Source: an uncultured Acidobacteriota bacterium (GTDB taxonomy: Bacteria; Acidobacteriota; Thermoanaerobaculia; Gp7-AA8). Taken from it: 64,000 nucleotides of DNA. Each line of letters starts with the position of its first letter. Within the stretch, counting starts at the first letter, position 1. The position numbers and the translations under genes were made by a program. The stretch covers positions 160,001 to 224,000 of the forward strand of contig CAVUKB010000001.1 of NCBI GenBank assembly GCA_963741955.1, given 5' to 3'. The notes beneath the pieces were generated by a model. That model was not told the DNA's origin. It did not search any database and saw nothing but the letters and a program-made list of their open reading frames with translations. This document shows positions 24,896-34,307 of this stretch, in pieces.

Positions 24896-25064
24896 CGGGG
24901 ATCGCGGAGATGTGGGTCGTGCGTCCCGCACGAGGCTCCCCGGCATGCTGCCGGGGAGCGATGGTCTCACGCCTCTGTGAAAACCCTCGCTCCGAGGGCT
25001 GCGCGCTTAGAGCGTGCGCCCTCGTGCAGTCGCGACGATCGTGCGCGTTCGACGCCTCCCCCTC

Positions 25065-26027
25065 TCACGCCTCGCGCCGAGCGAAGTACGATCGCGTACT
25101 GAAGATCACGGCGAGGAGGATTCCCCAGCTCACTGCGATCATGATGTAGAAGAACGGCGATCGGTACAGGCCGGCGACACGTTCGACGTTCGGCACCACC
25201 ATCCCCATCGCTTCGTACATGCGCGCCATGTCGACCGTCGGAAGGACGGCGACCGTATAGAGGATGAAGAGCGCCGAGATTCCGATCGTCCCCCACCACG
25301 CGAACCGCCTTCCGGTGAAATACCCCCAGGCGAGAGCGAGCATTACGGCGCCGATCGCGGCGTATATGGCCACTGCCGCAGGCCCGGTGAGGAAGCGGTC
25401 TCCGCCGAGTGCGATGACCCCGTAGAAACCGGCGAAGAAGATCCCCACACCGGTGGTTGCGAGCCAGAGGGCCGCGCCGAGTACCGTCAGTGGATAAGGG
25501 TCCGTCCACCGCGGCTGCGGGTCGAGAGACTCGAACGTCGCGCGGACGTTCGCACCTTTGTAGAGGAGGAAGAGGACGAGCGGAAGGACGATGCCGAAGA
25601 GCGCCATGACCACGCCCATGCAGCCGAAGACCACCAGACCGACTTGTGGCTGACCACTCGTTCCGAGTGTGTCGCGCATCAGAGGCCATTGGGCCCCCAT
25701 CATGATCAGCGTCATGATGCCTGCGAGAAACCAGATTGCGGAGAGCACCAGCGTCAGTGGGCGCGCCCAGCGGCGGACGCGGAGCGATCCGACGCCGAGG
25801 GTCACCAGGAGCGCACCGATGATGAAATAGAACGAGAAGGAAATAGCCATGGTGGAGCGCGGCATCATCGCCGCTGCATTGGGGGCCCCGCTCTGCGCCG
25901 CAAGCGGTCCGGCGACGTTGAACGCGAAGATCATGAACGCGCCCATCAGAGCGGCGAGCGCGCCGAGAATCAGCTGCACCACCCCGACCAGAATGAGCGT
26001 CCCTCGACGAGTGCCGTATTCGGACAT
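25065..26027 (-). CDS. Multi-pass membrane protein
   Basis: About 8 hydrophobic segments; AGGAG RBS. Confidence 0.75.
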   Translation of the reverse strand: MSEYGTRRGTLILVGVVQLILGALAALMGAFMIFAFNVAGPLAAQSGAPNAAAMMPRSTMAISFSFYFIIGALLVTLGVGSLRVRRWARPLTLVLSAIWFLAGIMTLIMMGAQWPLMRDTLGTSGQPQVGLVVFGCMGVVMALFGIVLPLVLFLLYKGANVRATFESLDPQPRWTDPYPLTVLGAALWLATTGVGIFFAGFYGVIALGGDRFLTGPAAVAIYAAIGAVMLALAWGYFTGRRFAWWGTIGISALFILYTVAVLPTVDMARMYEAMGMVVPNVERVAGLYRSPFFYIMIAVSWGILLAVIFSTRSYFARREA

Positions 26028-26481
26028 GATGTTCTCCTGTATGCGAGAGTCTGTGGAACGATCATACCGCGTTCCATGTCGTCCGGAGCCTGGGCGGCCG
26101 TGCGGGAGGCGCGAGGGATTCCGCCAGCTACGAACAATGTCGCTGAATCCCCGCGCCCGCGACGACTCGGGGTCGCGAGATCCGATTCCGACGAATCACT
26201 CTCGGAAAAATTGGGGCTTCCGAGCTCCGTGAATGTTTCACGCCGCAACGAGAGAACCGACAAGATCCGCTTGAGAATGAAAGAAGATTTCGATCTCTCG
26301 AGTGAGTTGTTCGCCGCGTTCTCGAGGAGGCGATGAAGAAACGCGCCGCCATGCCGTTGCTCCGGTACACGCCGTTCCGAGCCGTCGGACATGGACGACG
26401 GGTCCGACAGGTCCGACGATTCCCCCACGCTCCCTGACCGAACCTGACATCCCACGGCGCTACGCTGCGGGATTATGAGCA

Positions 26482-27573
26482 TTGGGGGGTGCAGCGCGGC
26501 GCGCTCCGCGATACGATGGGTGCGGCGACCCCGAATGGTCCGGGAGGTCTTTCGTGACTGTGACACGACTCGAATCCGAGATCGACGCGCTTCTCGCGAG
26601 ACCACCACGCAATCGCACGGCGCTGTGGCAGCTTCTCCCACGGGACCCTTCTCCTCTGATCAATGCGATGATCCGTCGCCTCCTCGACGTGCGCTCCAGC
26701 GCCGACGAGCGTCGACGGCTCGGGCAGTTCGTCTGTTGGGCCGGTCCTTCGAACGAGAGCATCGAGCTGCTCACGCGCGTGCTGACCGATTCCGCGGAAA
26801 CCCCTCACGCCCGTGGCTCCGCGTTTCTCCTCCTCCAGGAGATGGCCGGTGACATCCTGCCGTTCGAGATGATGGAGAGGATTTCCCACACCGTCAGGAC
26901 CGCCGTGCTCGAGGCGGCGCAGCGGGAGAACTGCGAGCTCGCGCAGGCCGAGGCGCGCCGCGCGAAGGGATCTCCGAGAAGGAAGCGAAAGCGCCCGGCA
27001 GGCTCCGGACCGGCCGCGCTGCTCACCCTGAAAGTCACGCTCGCCGGTTTTCGTCCTCCGGTGTGGAGGCGCCTCGAGGTGCGGGAGGATCTGACCTTCG
27101 CAGAGTTTCACTCGGTCCTGCAGACGGCGTTCGGGTGGACCAACAGTCATCTGCACGAGTTCGAGGTAGGGAAGGAACGGATCGCCCCACCTGACGACGA
27201 GGACGAATTGCCGGCGAGGGATTCCGCCGAGGTGCGGCTGCGCAGCGTCTTCCGCGGACGGACGCGCCGGATCCGGTACGTCTACGATTTCGGTGACGAG
27301 TGGGTGCACACGATCGAGCTCGAGAAGTCGGAGCGGCTCGCGCCGGACGAGCGTCCGCCGGTGCGGTGCACTGCCGGGCGGCGCGCCACGCCTCCGGAAG
27401 ACTCCGGCGGCCCGTGGGGGTATGCGGAGCTGCTGAAGGCGATCTCCGACCCGAAGCATCCGGACCACACGGACATGCTCTGGTGGGCCGGGGAGATCGA
27501 CCCGGAGGCGTTCGACCGGGAGGGGCTCAACGGGCGGCTCCAGCGGCTCAGTGACTTGTTCCGGTTCCACTGA
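26482..27573 (+). CDS. Plasmid pRiA4b ORF-3 (MM3350-like) family protein (start uncertain, perhaps GTG 26554)
   Basis: PPVWRRLEV, FGWTNSHLHEF, YVYDFGDEWVH, PPEDSGGPWGY. Confidence 0.85.
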   Translation: MGGAARRAPRYDGCGDPEWSGRSFVTVTRLESEIDALLARPPRNRTALWQLLPRDPSPLINAMIRRLLDVRSSADERRRLGQFVCWAGPSNESIELLTRVLTDSAETPHARGSAFLLLQEMAGDILPFEMMERISHTVRTAVLEAAQRENCELAQAEARRAKGSPRRKRKRPAGSGPAALLTLKVTLAGFRPPVWRRLEVREDLTFAEFHSVLQTAFGWTNSHLHEFEVGKERIAPPDDEDELPARDSAEVRLRSVFRGRTRRIRYVYDFGDEWVHTIELEKSERLAPDERPPVRCTAGRRATPPEDSGGPWGYAELLKAISDPKHPDHTDMLWWAGEIDPEAFDREGLNGRLQRLSDLFRFH

Positions 27574-27654
27574 CAGGATCTGACAGGGCCACGGCATACC
27601 GTGTGCGGATCGCGACGCCGGAGAGGCTGGCGGCGCTCGAAAGGAGATCCGCAC

Positions 27655-28059
27655 ATGAAGATTCGACCGCTCACGTTACCGCTCCTCGCCCTTCTCACTC
27701 TGAACTGCGGCAGCATCGTCCATCAGACCACGCAGCAGGTCCGGATCGACTCGGACCCCGCGGGGGCCGCGATCACCGTCTCGTGTGGTGATGCGGTCAA
27801 CGACCCGAAGCTCGTCACCCCGGCGGTCGTCACACTGCATCGAAAACCGGCGCATTGCGGGGTGAAACTGTCGAAGGAAGCCTACCGCGACAAGGAGATG
27901 CTCTTCACGAAGTCTCTTTCCCCGACGTACCTCGGCAATGTCGTCTTCGGCGGCGTGATCGGACTCATCGTCGATGCCGCGAACGGCGCGATGTGGAACC
28001 GCGTCCCCGGGAGGGACGTGAAGGTCACACTGGAGAAGAACACCGCGGAAGAGGAGTGA
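27655..28059 (+). CDS. Lipoprotein with a PEGA-like domain
   Basis: AGGAG RBS; lipobox LTLNC; IDSDPAGA; GLIVDAANGA. Confidence 0.75.
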   Translation: MKIRPLTLPLLALLTLNCGSIVHQTTQQVRIDSDPAGAAITVSCGDAVNDPKLVTPAVVTLHRKPAHCGVKLSKEAYRDKEMLFTKSLSPTYLGNVVFGGVIGLIVDAANGAMWNRVPGRDVKVTLEKNTAEEE

Positions 28060-28261
28060 TGGGAGCGACCACCACGGAAAGTGGTGGTCGTGAGGGGAGG
28101 GGGTGTGCGAACCGACTCTCGAGGGTGGGCGGACCTTTGACGGTGCGGTCGCCGCCCTCTCCCCTGACGATTCGAGGTCGCGCCGCTTCATACGGCGATG
28201 CAAAGTTCTTCGAGCGGGTTGCGCTTCGTGGGGACCACGCGAGCTGCTTCGGCGTCGGATC

Positions 28262-28950
28262 CGACTTTCGGGGTTGCCCCTCACCCTTCCCTCTCCCCGA
28301 ATGTCGTTCCTCGGCTGAAGACATGACCCCGGACGGGGAGAGGGTGCGTCCCGCCGAGCGGCGCGGTCATCGCGTTGGCGGCTCGGCGAAGGCCGGCCTG
28401 GATTGCACGATCTTCGGATTCGGCTCTCGGGGTCGCCCCTCACCCTTCCCTCTCCCCGAATGTCGTTCCTCGGCTGAAGACATGACCCCGGACGGGGAGA
28501 GGGGAGGCCGCGCGAGTGGGAGAGGGTGATGCTTCGTGGGGAACGGGGCTCAAAGTTCCGGACTGGGGATGGTTCGGGGTCCATCGCCTCAATCCCGCCC
28601 GGCGTACGTATGTTCCGCTCGACTCTGCGGTCGCGTTCGTCGCTCCCATCGGCGAAGGCCGGCCTGGATTGCACGATCTTCGGATTCGGCTCTCGGGGTC
28701 GCCCCCTCACCCTCCCCTCTCCCCGAATGTCGTTCCTCGGCTGAAGACATGACCCCGGACGGGGAGAGGGGAGGCCGCGCGAGTGGGAGAGGGTGATGCT
28801 TCGTGGGGACGGGGCTCAAAGTTCCGGACTGGGGATGGTTCGGGGTCCATCGCTTCGATCGTGCCAGGCGTACGTATATTGCCGCTCGACTCTGCGGTCG
28901 CGTCCGTCGCTCCCATCGGCGAAGGCCGGCCTGGATTGCACGATCTTAGG
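28262..28950. repeat. Cluster of CCCTCACCC..CCTCTCCC..GGGAGAGGG palindromic repeats (left part, split by the phage element)
   Basis: Cores at ~28278, 28437, 28704; long duplicated linkers; the cluster continues at 46094-46230. Confidence 0.85.
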
Positions 28951-29001
28951 TGTGAGCGCGCGTTTCGTTTGGCAAAATTTTGCGTTTCGTTTGGCAAAAA
29001 A
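28951..29001 (+). promoter_or_regulatory. Element end with two tandem putative transposase-binding sites
   Basis: GCGTTTCGTTTGGCAAAA repeated with a 22-bp period (cores at 28961 and 28983) right after TGTGAG. Confidence 0.8.
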
Positions 29002-29168
29002 TACTATTGTTGAATTTCGCCCGTCGGGGGAGGCGCGGCGCTGATGCGAATAACAGCGTTCCCGGCCAGCGAGCTGGCCCGGCGGCATGGCCGCCCAGCC
29101 GAGGGCGGTTCCAATATTCACCATGGCCGATGAGCTCCGCCGCTCACCTGGGTCGAGGCGATGCGCCC

Positions 29169-29402
29169 CTACAAGATAACGACCCGAAGCTGCTGGGCGG
29201 GGATGCCGGAGAGTGAGGAAATGCGGTCCGAGGCGGCGGCGACGAGAGCGGATCGGATTTGGCCGACGGTGTCGATCGCGACGGAGAGAGTCAGATGCGC
29301 GTGGAGGCCGGCGTCGCTCGTGGCGGCGGTCATTCGGACGGTCACGGTCTCGCCCGCGGACGCGAACGCGACGTCCTGGATGACGCAGATCGCCGTCGTC
29401 AT
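29169..29402 (-). CDS. Small phage hypothetical protein
   Basis: MTTAICVIQ.. start overlaps the upstream stop; last gene of the late operon. Confidence 0.5.
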   Translation of the reverse strand: MTTAICVIQDVAFASAGETVTVRMTAATSDAGLHAHLTLSVAIDTVGQIRSALVAAASDRISSLSGIPAQQLRVVIL

Positions 29403-29920
29403 CGGCCGGCTCCGTGGAGGCACTGGATTGCGGTGATCCGATATTCGGGGCCCGGCCCGGATCCGGAGGCGGGATCGCAGCAGATGAACGACCCCACCCC
29501 GAGCGCCGTCGTCAGAATGTTGCCCGCGAGGGCTCCGTCGTAGATGACCGTGCCATTGGACGAGGAAAACCGAATGTACCAGGTCGATCCGCTCTGGTAT
29601 GTTTCGATCCGGACCTTCGCCGCCTTCGTGCCCGCAATTACACCCTCGCTCAAACAGGCGAGCCCATCCAGCCCGGTGTCGACGACCGTCGCCAGTCCAC
29701 CGGCCGTCTCGCGCTTCACAAATTGCAAGTGATCACCGGAGGCGACATCGTCCGTGCCCTTGTAGTTGTACGCGAGGCGAACGAATGCACCGACTCCGGT
29801 CGAGTAGATCGCGTCTTCGATGTTTCCGGTGCCGTCGAAGAGCCCCACGATGACGAGCGTGCCCGCGGGACGGAAATACCCGTTGTTACCTAGGCTCGAT
29901 GTCGAGAGCGTGAGTAACAT
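29399..29920 (-). CDS. Phage tail-associated protein, probably the frameshifted C-terminus of the upstream tail protein
   Basis: Beta-rich sequence; overlaps the upstream ORF by 35 nt next to a CCAGGGGAATATG G-run. Confidence 0.5.
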   Translation of the reverse strand: MLLTLSTSSLGNNGYFRPAGTLVIVGLFDGTGNIEDAIYSTGVGAFVRLAYNYKGTDDVASGDHLQFVKRETAGGLATVVDTGLDGLACLSEGVIAGTKAAKVRIETYQSGSTWYIRFSSSNGTVIYDGALAGNILTTALGVGSFICCDPASGSGPGPEYRITAIQCLHGAGR

Positions 29921-32453
29921 ATTCCCCTGGCGTCGCTTGCTGCCACCCAGCTTTCGTCGGCCCGGCGAAGGATGCCTGTAGCCTGACGGTCGGAGTCATG
30001 TACGCGGACCAAAAAATCGCGGTGCCGAACTGGTTCGGCGCGACGATGCCCTTCGCGCCGGGCGTGGTGAGCCCCGGTTGCACCTGCCATGTCCAGTCGG
30101 GCTCCGGAGAATACACCGCGGAGTAGCTTCCGGACTTGTGAGGACCTTCGAGGTTGCTCGCGAACGCCACGGCTGCGACCTCGAAATTGATAGTCACCGT
30201 GCCGGATCGGTCGTATCCAATCGCGCGGTCGGTGAGCGGCTCGAGCTGGAACGGAGTCGCCTCGGCAATCGATCGAGCGTCCACGGACGCTGCGACCTGT
30301 AGCGAACCCGATGCGAAGTCGTAGATCCGGTGCTGCGTCGCATATTTGAACTTCTGACCCTCGATCCATTGGAGCTCCCGGAACGGTACCGCGCCTGTTG
30401 TGGGTTTCGCGAACCGCCAATAGCGGTGTGCGCCCGGAGGCATCCATTCGATCGTCGCGTATCCGGGTTGCCGGTCGTAGTTCTTCGTCGTGATCCCCGT
30501 CCATGCCGCACCATCGTCAGACCAGGAGATCGCCGCGAGGAAGCCGGCCGCCGCCGTGTAGGCTCGGCACGACACGAATTCCTTCGCGTTTCCGGCGCCG
30601 AGATCGATCTGCACGTAGGATGCACCGGACGAATTCCAGGTGAAGGCATTCGTCGCGGGGTCGCCGTCGTTGACGGCCGACGGGGTGAAGAGCGAGCATC
30701 CGGAGGAGCTCCAGTATGCCGCGGACCAGAACTGCTCGATCCGATCGTAGGGCGCAGTCCACCAGGCCGTCTTTCCGTCGGCCGAGACGAACGGGCCGAG
30801 GACCGCAGGCGGCGTCTGGATCACGTCGACGGCGGCCGGATTGATCGTCACTCCGACCGATTTCCCATACCTCCCGACGAGATACGCGGTGATCTCATAG
30901 TTTCCGCCGTTGTTCACGGGGTCGATCAGCACCGGCGAGCTCGCGGCGGTCGTGATGAGCCGAGCCTCGCCTCCGTCGACCGCAGACCAGATCTCGACAC
31001 CGGTGAGCCAGGCGTAATTCGGGAGGTCGAACGAGACGCGGGCCCGCGCTCTCGCGACCCCGTCACCATCCACGTATAGCTCCGGAGCGAAGGCGAGATT
31101 CGCGACGTCCGGCGGATCGTCAGACGGCGACGGAATGGAGCTCGCAATTTTCCCGGGATCAGCGACCACGGCGTCGGAATAGCAGGCGGCGGAGTACTCG
31201 AGGAGGGAGACGTTCGCGGTCACGTTCGGCTGGCGATTGCGCGCCCACACTAGAAAGTCCTGCGCGGCAATCCCGCGGCGCGTTACCGTCTGTTGCACGC
31301 GCGCACCGATCGGCTGATCGGCTGTCGCGAGCCATCCGGCCGCGAGCCGGAAATCGAACTGCAGGCGGTTCAGATAGTAGATCGCGAGCCGGCGGGCTTG
31401 CGATCGCGAGCGGATCCAGGGGAGCTGGTAGACCACAGGCCGTCGCTCCTCCGTCCCCGCCGTGACTGCCGCCGTCTCGACGGACTCGAAGTCGCGGGTC
31501 AGCGCGTTCGCCTCGTCGGTGAACCAGACCTCGACGTAGTTCGGCCGCTGGGTCGGATCTTCCCGTGCCCCAGAATCCGAATCCTTGATGAGGTCCCCGT
31601 CGGAGTAGATAGCGGCGACGGCCTGCGGCCGGTCGAGCCAGAGCCGCCACTGATTCCCTTGGTAAAAGTGATAGCCGCCCATGAGGAGCCCGAACGTCTT
31701 CTGCCAGTCGCTCGCCGATGTTGCGTCCTGCACCGCGACGTGCGACGCGTATCGCGGCTTTCCGCCCACGACCTCGTCGCAGACGTCTGCCGCGTCAATC
31801 CAGTCCTGGGTGACGAGACGCGAGGCGTCGAGATTCTTCCCCTCTGCATCGAGGTGCCAGTCGTAGTCCTGCAGGGCCGTGTTCTCGCTGTAACCGACAA
31901 GCATTGATCGGAGGTCGAGCACCTTCCGGCCTCGGATCGAAATATCGATCGTTGGGAACTCGGGCCAGAAGTAGCTGATGATCCCGAGCCAGACGACGAG
32001 GTAGGCGATCCCGTCGAGCGTCTCCGCCCAGCTCGCATCCACGGCCGCGAGATTCGGATCGGCCGTCTGGCCGGCGGCACCGCGGTAGGTCCAAATCCTG
32101 AGACGCGAGGCGGGGAAGGTCGCGTAATCCTTCTTGTTCACGAGGATCGACGTGAACGCATCGATCTCACCACGACCGACCGGCATCACCGCCCAGAGAG
32201 AATTCGTGGCCGAGGGATTCCCAAAGGTGTAGAGGGGATTCGAGATTGGGATCGTGTGCTTGCCGTAGTAGATCGGGACGGGCCCGCTCGCACCGCCGAT
32301 CTGCGTCTCGCCCTTCGTGATCGTATGCGCCGTGCGGTTGGTGACGAGCGGATGCGTGACGGTCGGAGTGGTCGGCACGTCCCCGCCGAGGTTCGGCGGC
32401 GTATAGAACGGCGGAGGAGGCGCCGGCCCGCGAACGATGCGCCCGCGAGACAT
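29886..32453 (-). CDS. Phage tail tip/host-specificity protein (lambda J/GTA-like) with FN3-like and F5/8-type C-like domains
   Basis: PVPIYYG, IRGRKV, AADVCDE, RSQARRLA; VNDGD..YVQIDLG..SDDG..RYWRF discoidin-like motif. Confidence 0.8.
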   Translation of the reverse strand: MSRGRIVRGPAPPPPFYTPPNLGGDVPTTPTVTHPLVTNRTAHTITKGETQIGGASGPVPIYYGKHTIPISNPLYTFGNPSATNSLWAVMPVGRGEIDAFTSILVNKKDYATFPASRLRIWTYRGAAGQTADPNLAAVDASWAETLDGIAYLVVWLGIISYFWPEFPTIDISIRGRKVLDLRSMLVGYSENTALQDYDWHLDAEGKNLDASRLVTQDWIDAADVCDEVVGGKPRYASHVAVQDATSASDWQKTFGLLMGGYHFYQGNQWRLWLDRPQAVAAIYSDGDLIKDSDSGAREDPTQRPNYVEVWFTDEANALTRDFESVETAAVTAGTEERRPVVYQLPWIRSRSQARRLAIYYLNRLQFDFRLAAGWLATADQPIGARVQQTVTRRGIAAQDFLVWARNRQPNVTANVSLLEYSAACYSDAVVADPGKIASSIPSPSDDPPDVANLAFAPELYVDGDGVARARARVSFDLPNYAWLTGVEIWSAVDGGEARLITTAASSPVLIDPVNNGGNYEITAYLVGRYGKSVGVTINPAAVDVIQTPPAVLGPFVSADGKTAWWTAPYDRIEQFWSAAYWSSSGCSLFTPSAVNDGDPATNAFTWNSSGASYVQIDLGAGNAKEFVSCRAYTAAAGFLAAISWSDDGAAWTGITTKNYDRQPGYATIEWMPPGAHRYWRFAKPTTGAVPFRELQWIEGQKFKYATQHRIYDFASGSLQVAASVDARSIAEATPFQLEPLTDRAIGYDRSGTVTINFEVAAVAFASNLEGPHKSGSYSAVYSPEPDWTWQVQPGLTTPGAKGIVAPNQFGTAIFWSAYMTPTVRLQASFAGPTKAGWQQATPGEYVTHALDIEPR

Positions 32454-32842
32454 CAGGAGACATCCTCGATGAGCTGGACGTCGAGCTTCCACAGATCCGC
32501 CTCGAAATGAGACGGAACGAACCCTTTTTCCGCGAGATACCAGACCGAATACCTCGAGCGAGCTCCTGCTGAGGTGAACGTTATCGCCGCTCCGTTCGCG
32601 GGCGCCGCCGCGAATGTGATCTGGTCCTCGCCCTCCGGCCCCGCGCCGGCCGTCAGCACGACTCCGGTCAGCACGCCCGCCACATAGACGGACGGGGCGT
32701 CGACCTCCTTCGCAGGGAGGTAAAACACCGTCGTCACTCCGTCACCGGTTCCGACGACGCCATCCGAGACAGGCAACGTCCAGAAGTCGAAGAATGAGAA
32801 CTTCGTCGCGCGGTTCGCGAGCCAATGCTGCCAGAGGTGTAA
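32453..32842 (-). pseudogene. 5'-truncated DUF2460-like distal tail protein
   Basis: FSFFDFW..GTGDGVTTVF..ITFAAAPANGAAIT..LIE; no start codon, fused behind the protease gene. Confidence 0.65.
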
Positions 32843-34151
32843 TCGTCGATCGCAATCCCGGCGGCGCGAGCCCCCGCGAGGGCGAGTGGAGCTGCGCGGC
32901 CTCGGGGTCGATCGCGACTTCCTTTCCCGCAACCCTTACCGTGCCGCCCACCTGGCCGGCCTGCACCGGAGGCGCCTCCGGCGCCGGATCCGTCCCCCGC
33001 GCCTGGGCGCGCGGGAGCTCGTCGGCCATCTTCGAGATGACCTCTTTCGCGTGCTCGATCCCGTGCTTCTTCGCGAGCTGCCTGACCCATGGTTCTTTCG
33101 CCGGCGTCACCTTCGGCCGGTTGGCGGCGATGAGCGCGTCGAGCTGCTCCTCCGCGGACTTCGCGGAGAGTTGCGCGAGCTCCGCCTTCGCCGCATCGCG
33201 CTCTGCGATGACGGCGTCGTGCTCCTCGCGCGTGACGACGCCCGCCGGCGAGCGGAGCTCGATGAGCTTCGCCTGAACCGTCGCGAGGTCCGCGTCATCC
33301 TCGATCTCGAGCAGCTCGAGCACCTCGGCCGATGCAACCGGGAGCTCGACGGCTCCGGCATCGTCAGGCTCTGATTTCGCGGTCTGCATCAGCACTTCGG
33401 CGATCGTCGCCGGAGACCCGTCGGATTTCGCCGCGCCGACCTCGAAGAGCATCTGATCGCCGTCCGGCAGTGCGTCGATAACCCGCTGAACAGCAGCCTT
33501 CAGCTCGCTCAGCGTCGTGGTGACTGGCAGCCCCAGCATGTACTGCAGGCGTTCGATGATCTCGTCCATCCCGTTTCCTCCCTTTGCCTTGATCGTCTTC
33601 ATTCGCGCGACCGCCTTCGCGGCGATCTGTTCGTAGAGCTCCGCCTGGTTGTGCGATGCGGGGAGATTCGTGAGAGCCAGCGAGAGCAGAGCCCGGATCC
33701 TCATAGTCTCGGGGTCGTAGAGGTAGACCGGCGAATGGTAGCGATACTCGCCGGAGCGGACCATCTCCGCCGCGCGATCGTTCCACTCGATGGACTTCGC
33801 GATCAGTCCCGCCGTCCCGCCCGCGACGAGTTCCCCTATGAACCCCGCGGCTGGCGCAATCTCGCCGGTGTGCGTCTGGTGCTCGTAATCGATCGGGATC
33901 TTGACGCCCCGGTCACTAAACCCGCCGACGATCTCCTTCTGGCTCGCCGCGTCGGTGACGTAGGTCCCGTGGTCGTTCTCGTAAGTCGGGAACGGGAACA
34001 CAAGGAGCTCGGACGGCAGCCCGTCTGCACCCGCTTTCGCCCCCTTTCGGCGGATCTCGACCGCCTTACCGACGAGCACGGCCAGCCCCGAGCCGTCCAG
34101 ATCCACAGAACCCGCCTTATGTCGTGCTATTTTTTGCGATCGCCCCTTCAT
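32742..34151 (-). CDS. Mu-like prohead protease I/scaffold (3' end disrupted)
   Basis: IPIDYEHQT..APAAG, EWNDRA..EYRYHSPV, ALTNLPA; in-frame internal start MDEIIERL at 33569 with AGGAGG RBS (gpZ-like scaffold). Confidence 0.88.
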   Translation of the reverse strand: MKGRSQKIARHKAGSVDLDGSGLAVLVGKAVEIRRKGAKAGADGLPSELLVFPFPTYENDHGTYVTDAASQKEIVGGFSDRGVKIPIDYEHQTHTGEIAPAAGFIGELVAGGTAGLIAKSIEWNDRAAEMVRSGEYRYHSPVYLYDPETMRIRALLSLALTNLPASHNQAELYEQIAAKAVARMKTIKAKGGNGMDEIIERLQYMLGLPVTTTLSELKAAVQRVIDALPDGDQMLFEVGAAKSDGSPATIAEVLMQTAKSEPDDAGAVELPVASAEVLELLEIEDDADLATVQAKLIELRSPAGVVTREEHDAVIAERDAAKAELAQLSAKSAEEQLDALIAANRPKVTPAKEPWVRQLAKKHGIEHAKEVISKMADELPRAQARGTDPAPEAPPVQAGQVGGTVRVAGKEVAIDPEAAQLHSPSRGLAPPGLRSTITPLAALAREPRDEVLILRLLDVACLGWRRRNR

Positions 34152-34307
34152 GGCTCCCGTCCTACCCTCTCACGCCCGATCGCGCCCCAGAGGGCCGCCT
34201 TGCGCGATTTCGATTCCTGACCGATACTGGATGTGCACCCCTCGTCACCCGGATGCCGCGTGCGGCTGCCAACGGAGCGAGGCGTGAGTCCAGGCACGCT
34301 CTGCGAC

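Noticed and set aside
26030-26480. Possible gene remnant in the spacer
   Set aside because: Several short frames but none with an RBS or a recognisable motif.
29399-32453. Diversity-generating retroelement or invertible tail-fibre cassette
   Set aside because: No reverse transcriptase, TR/VR pair, Gin-like invertase or gix-like repeats seen.
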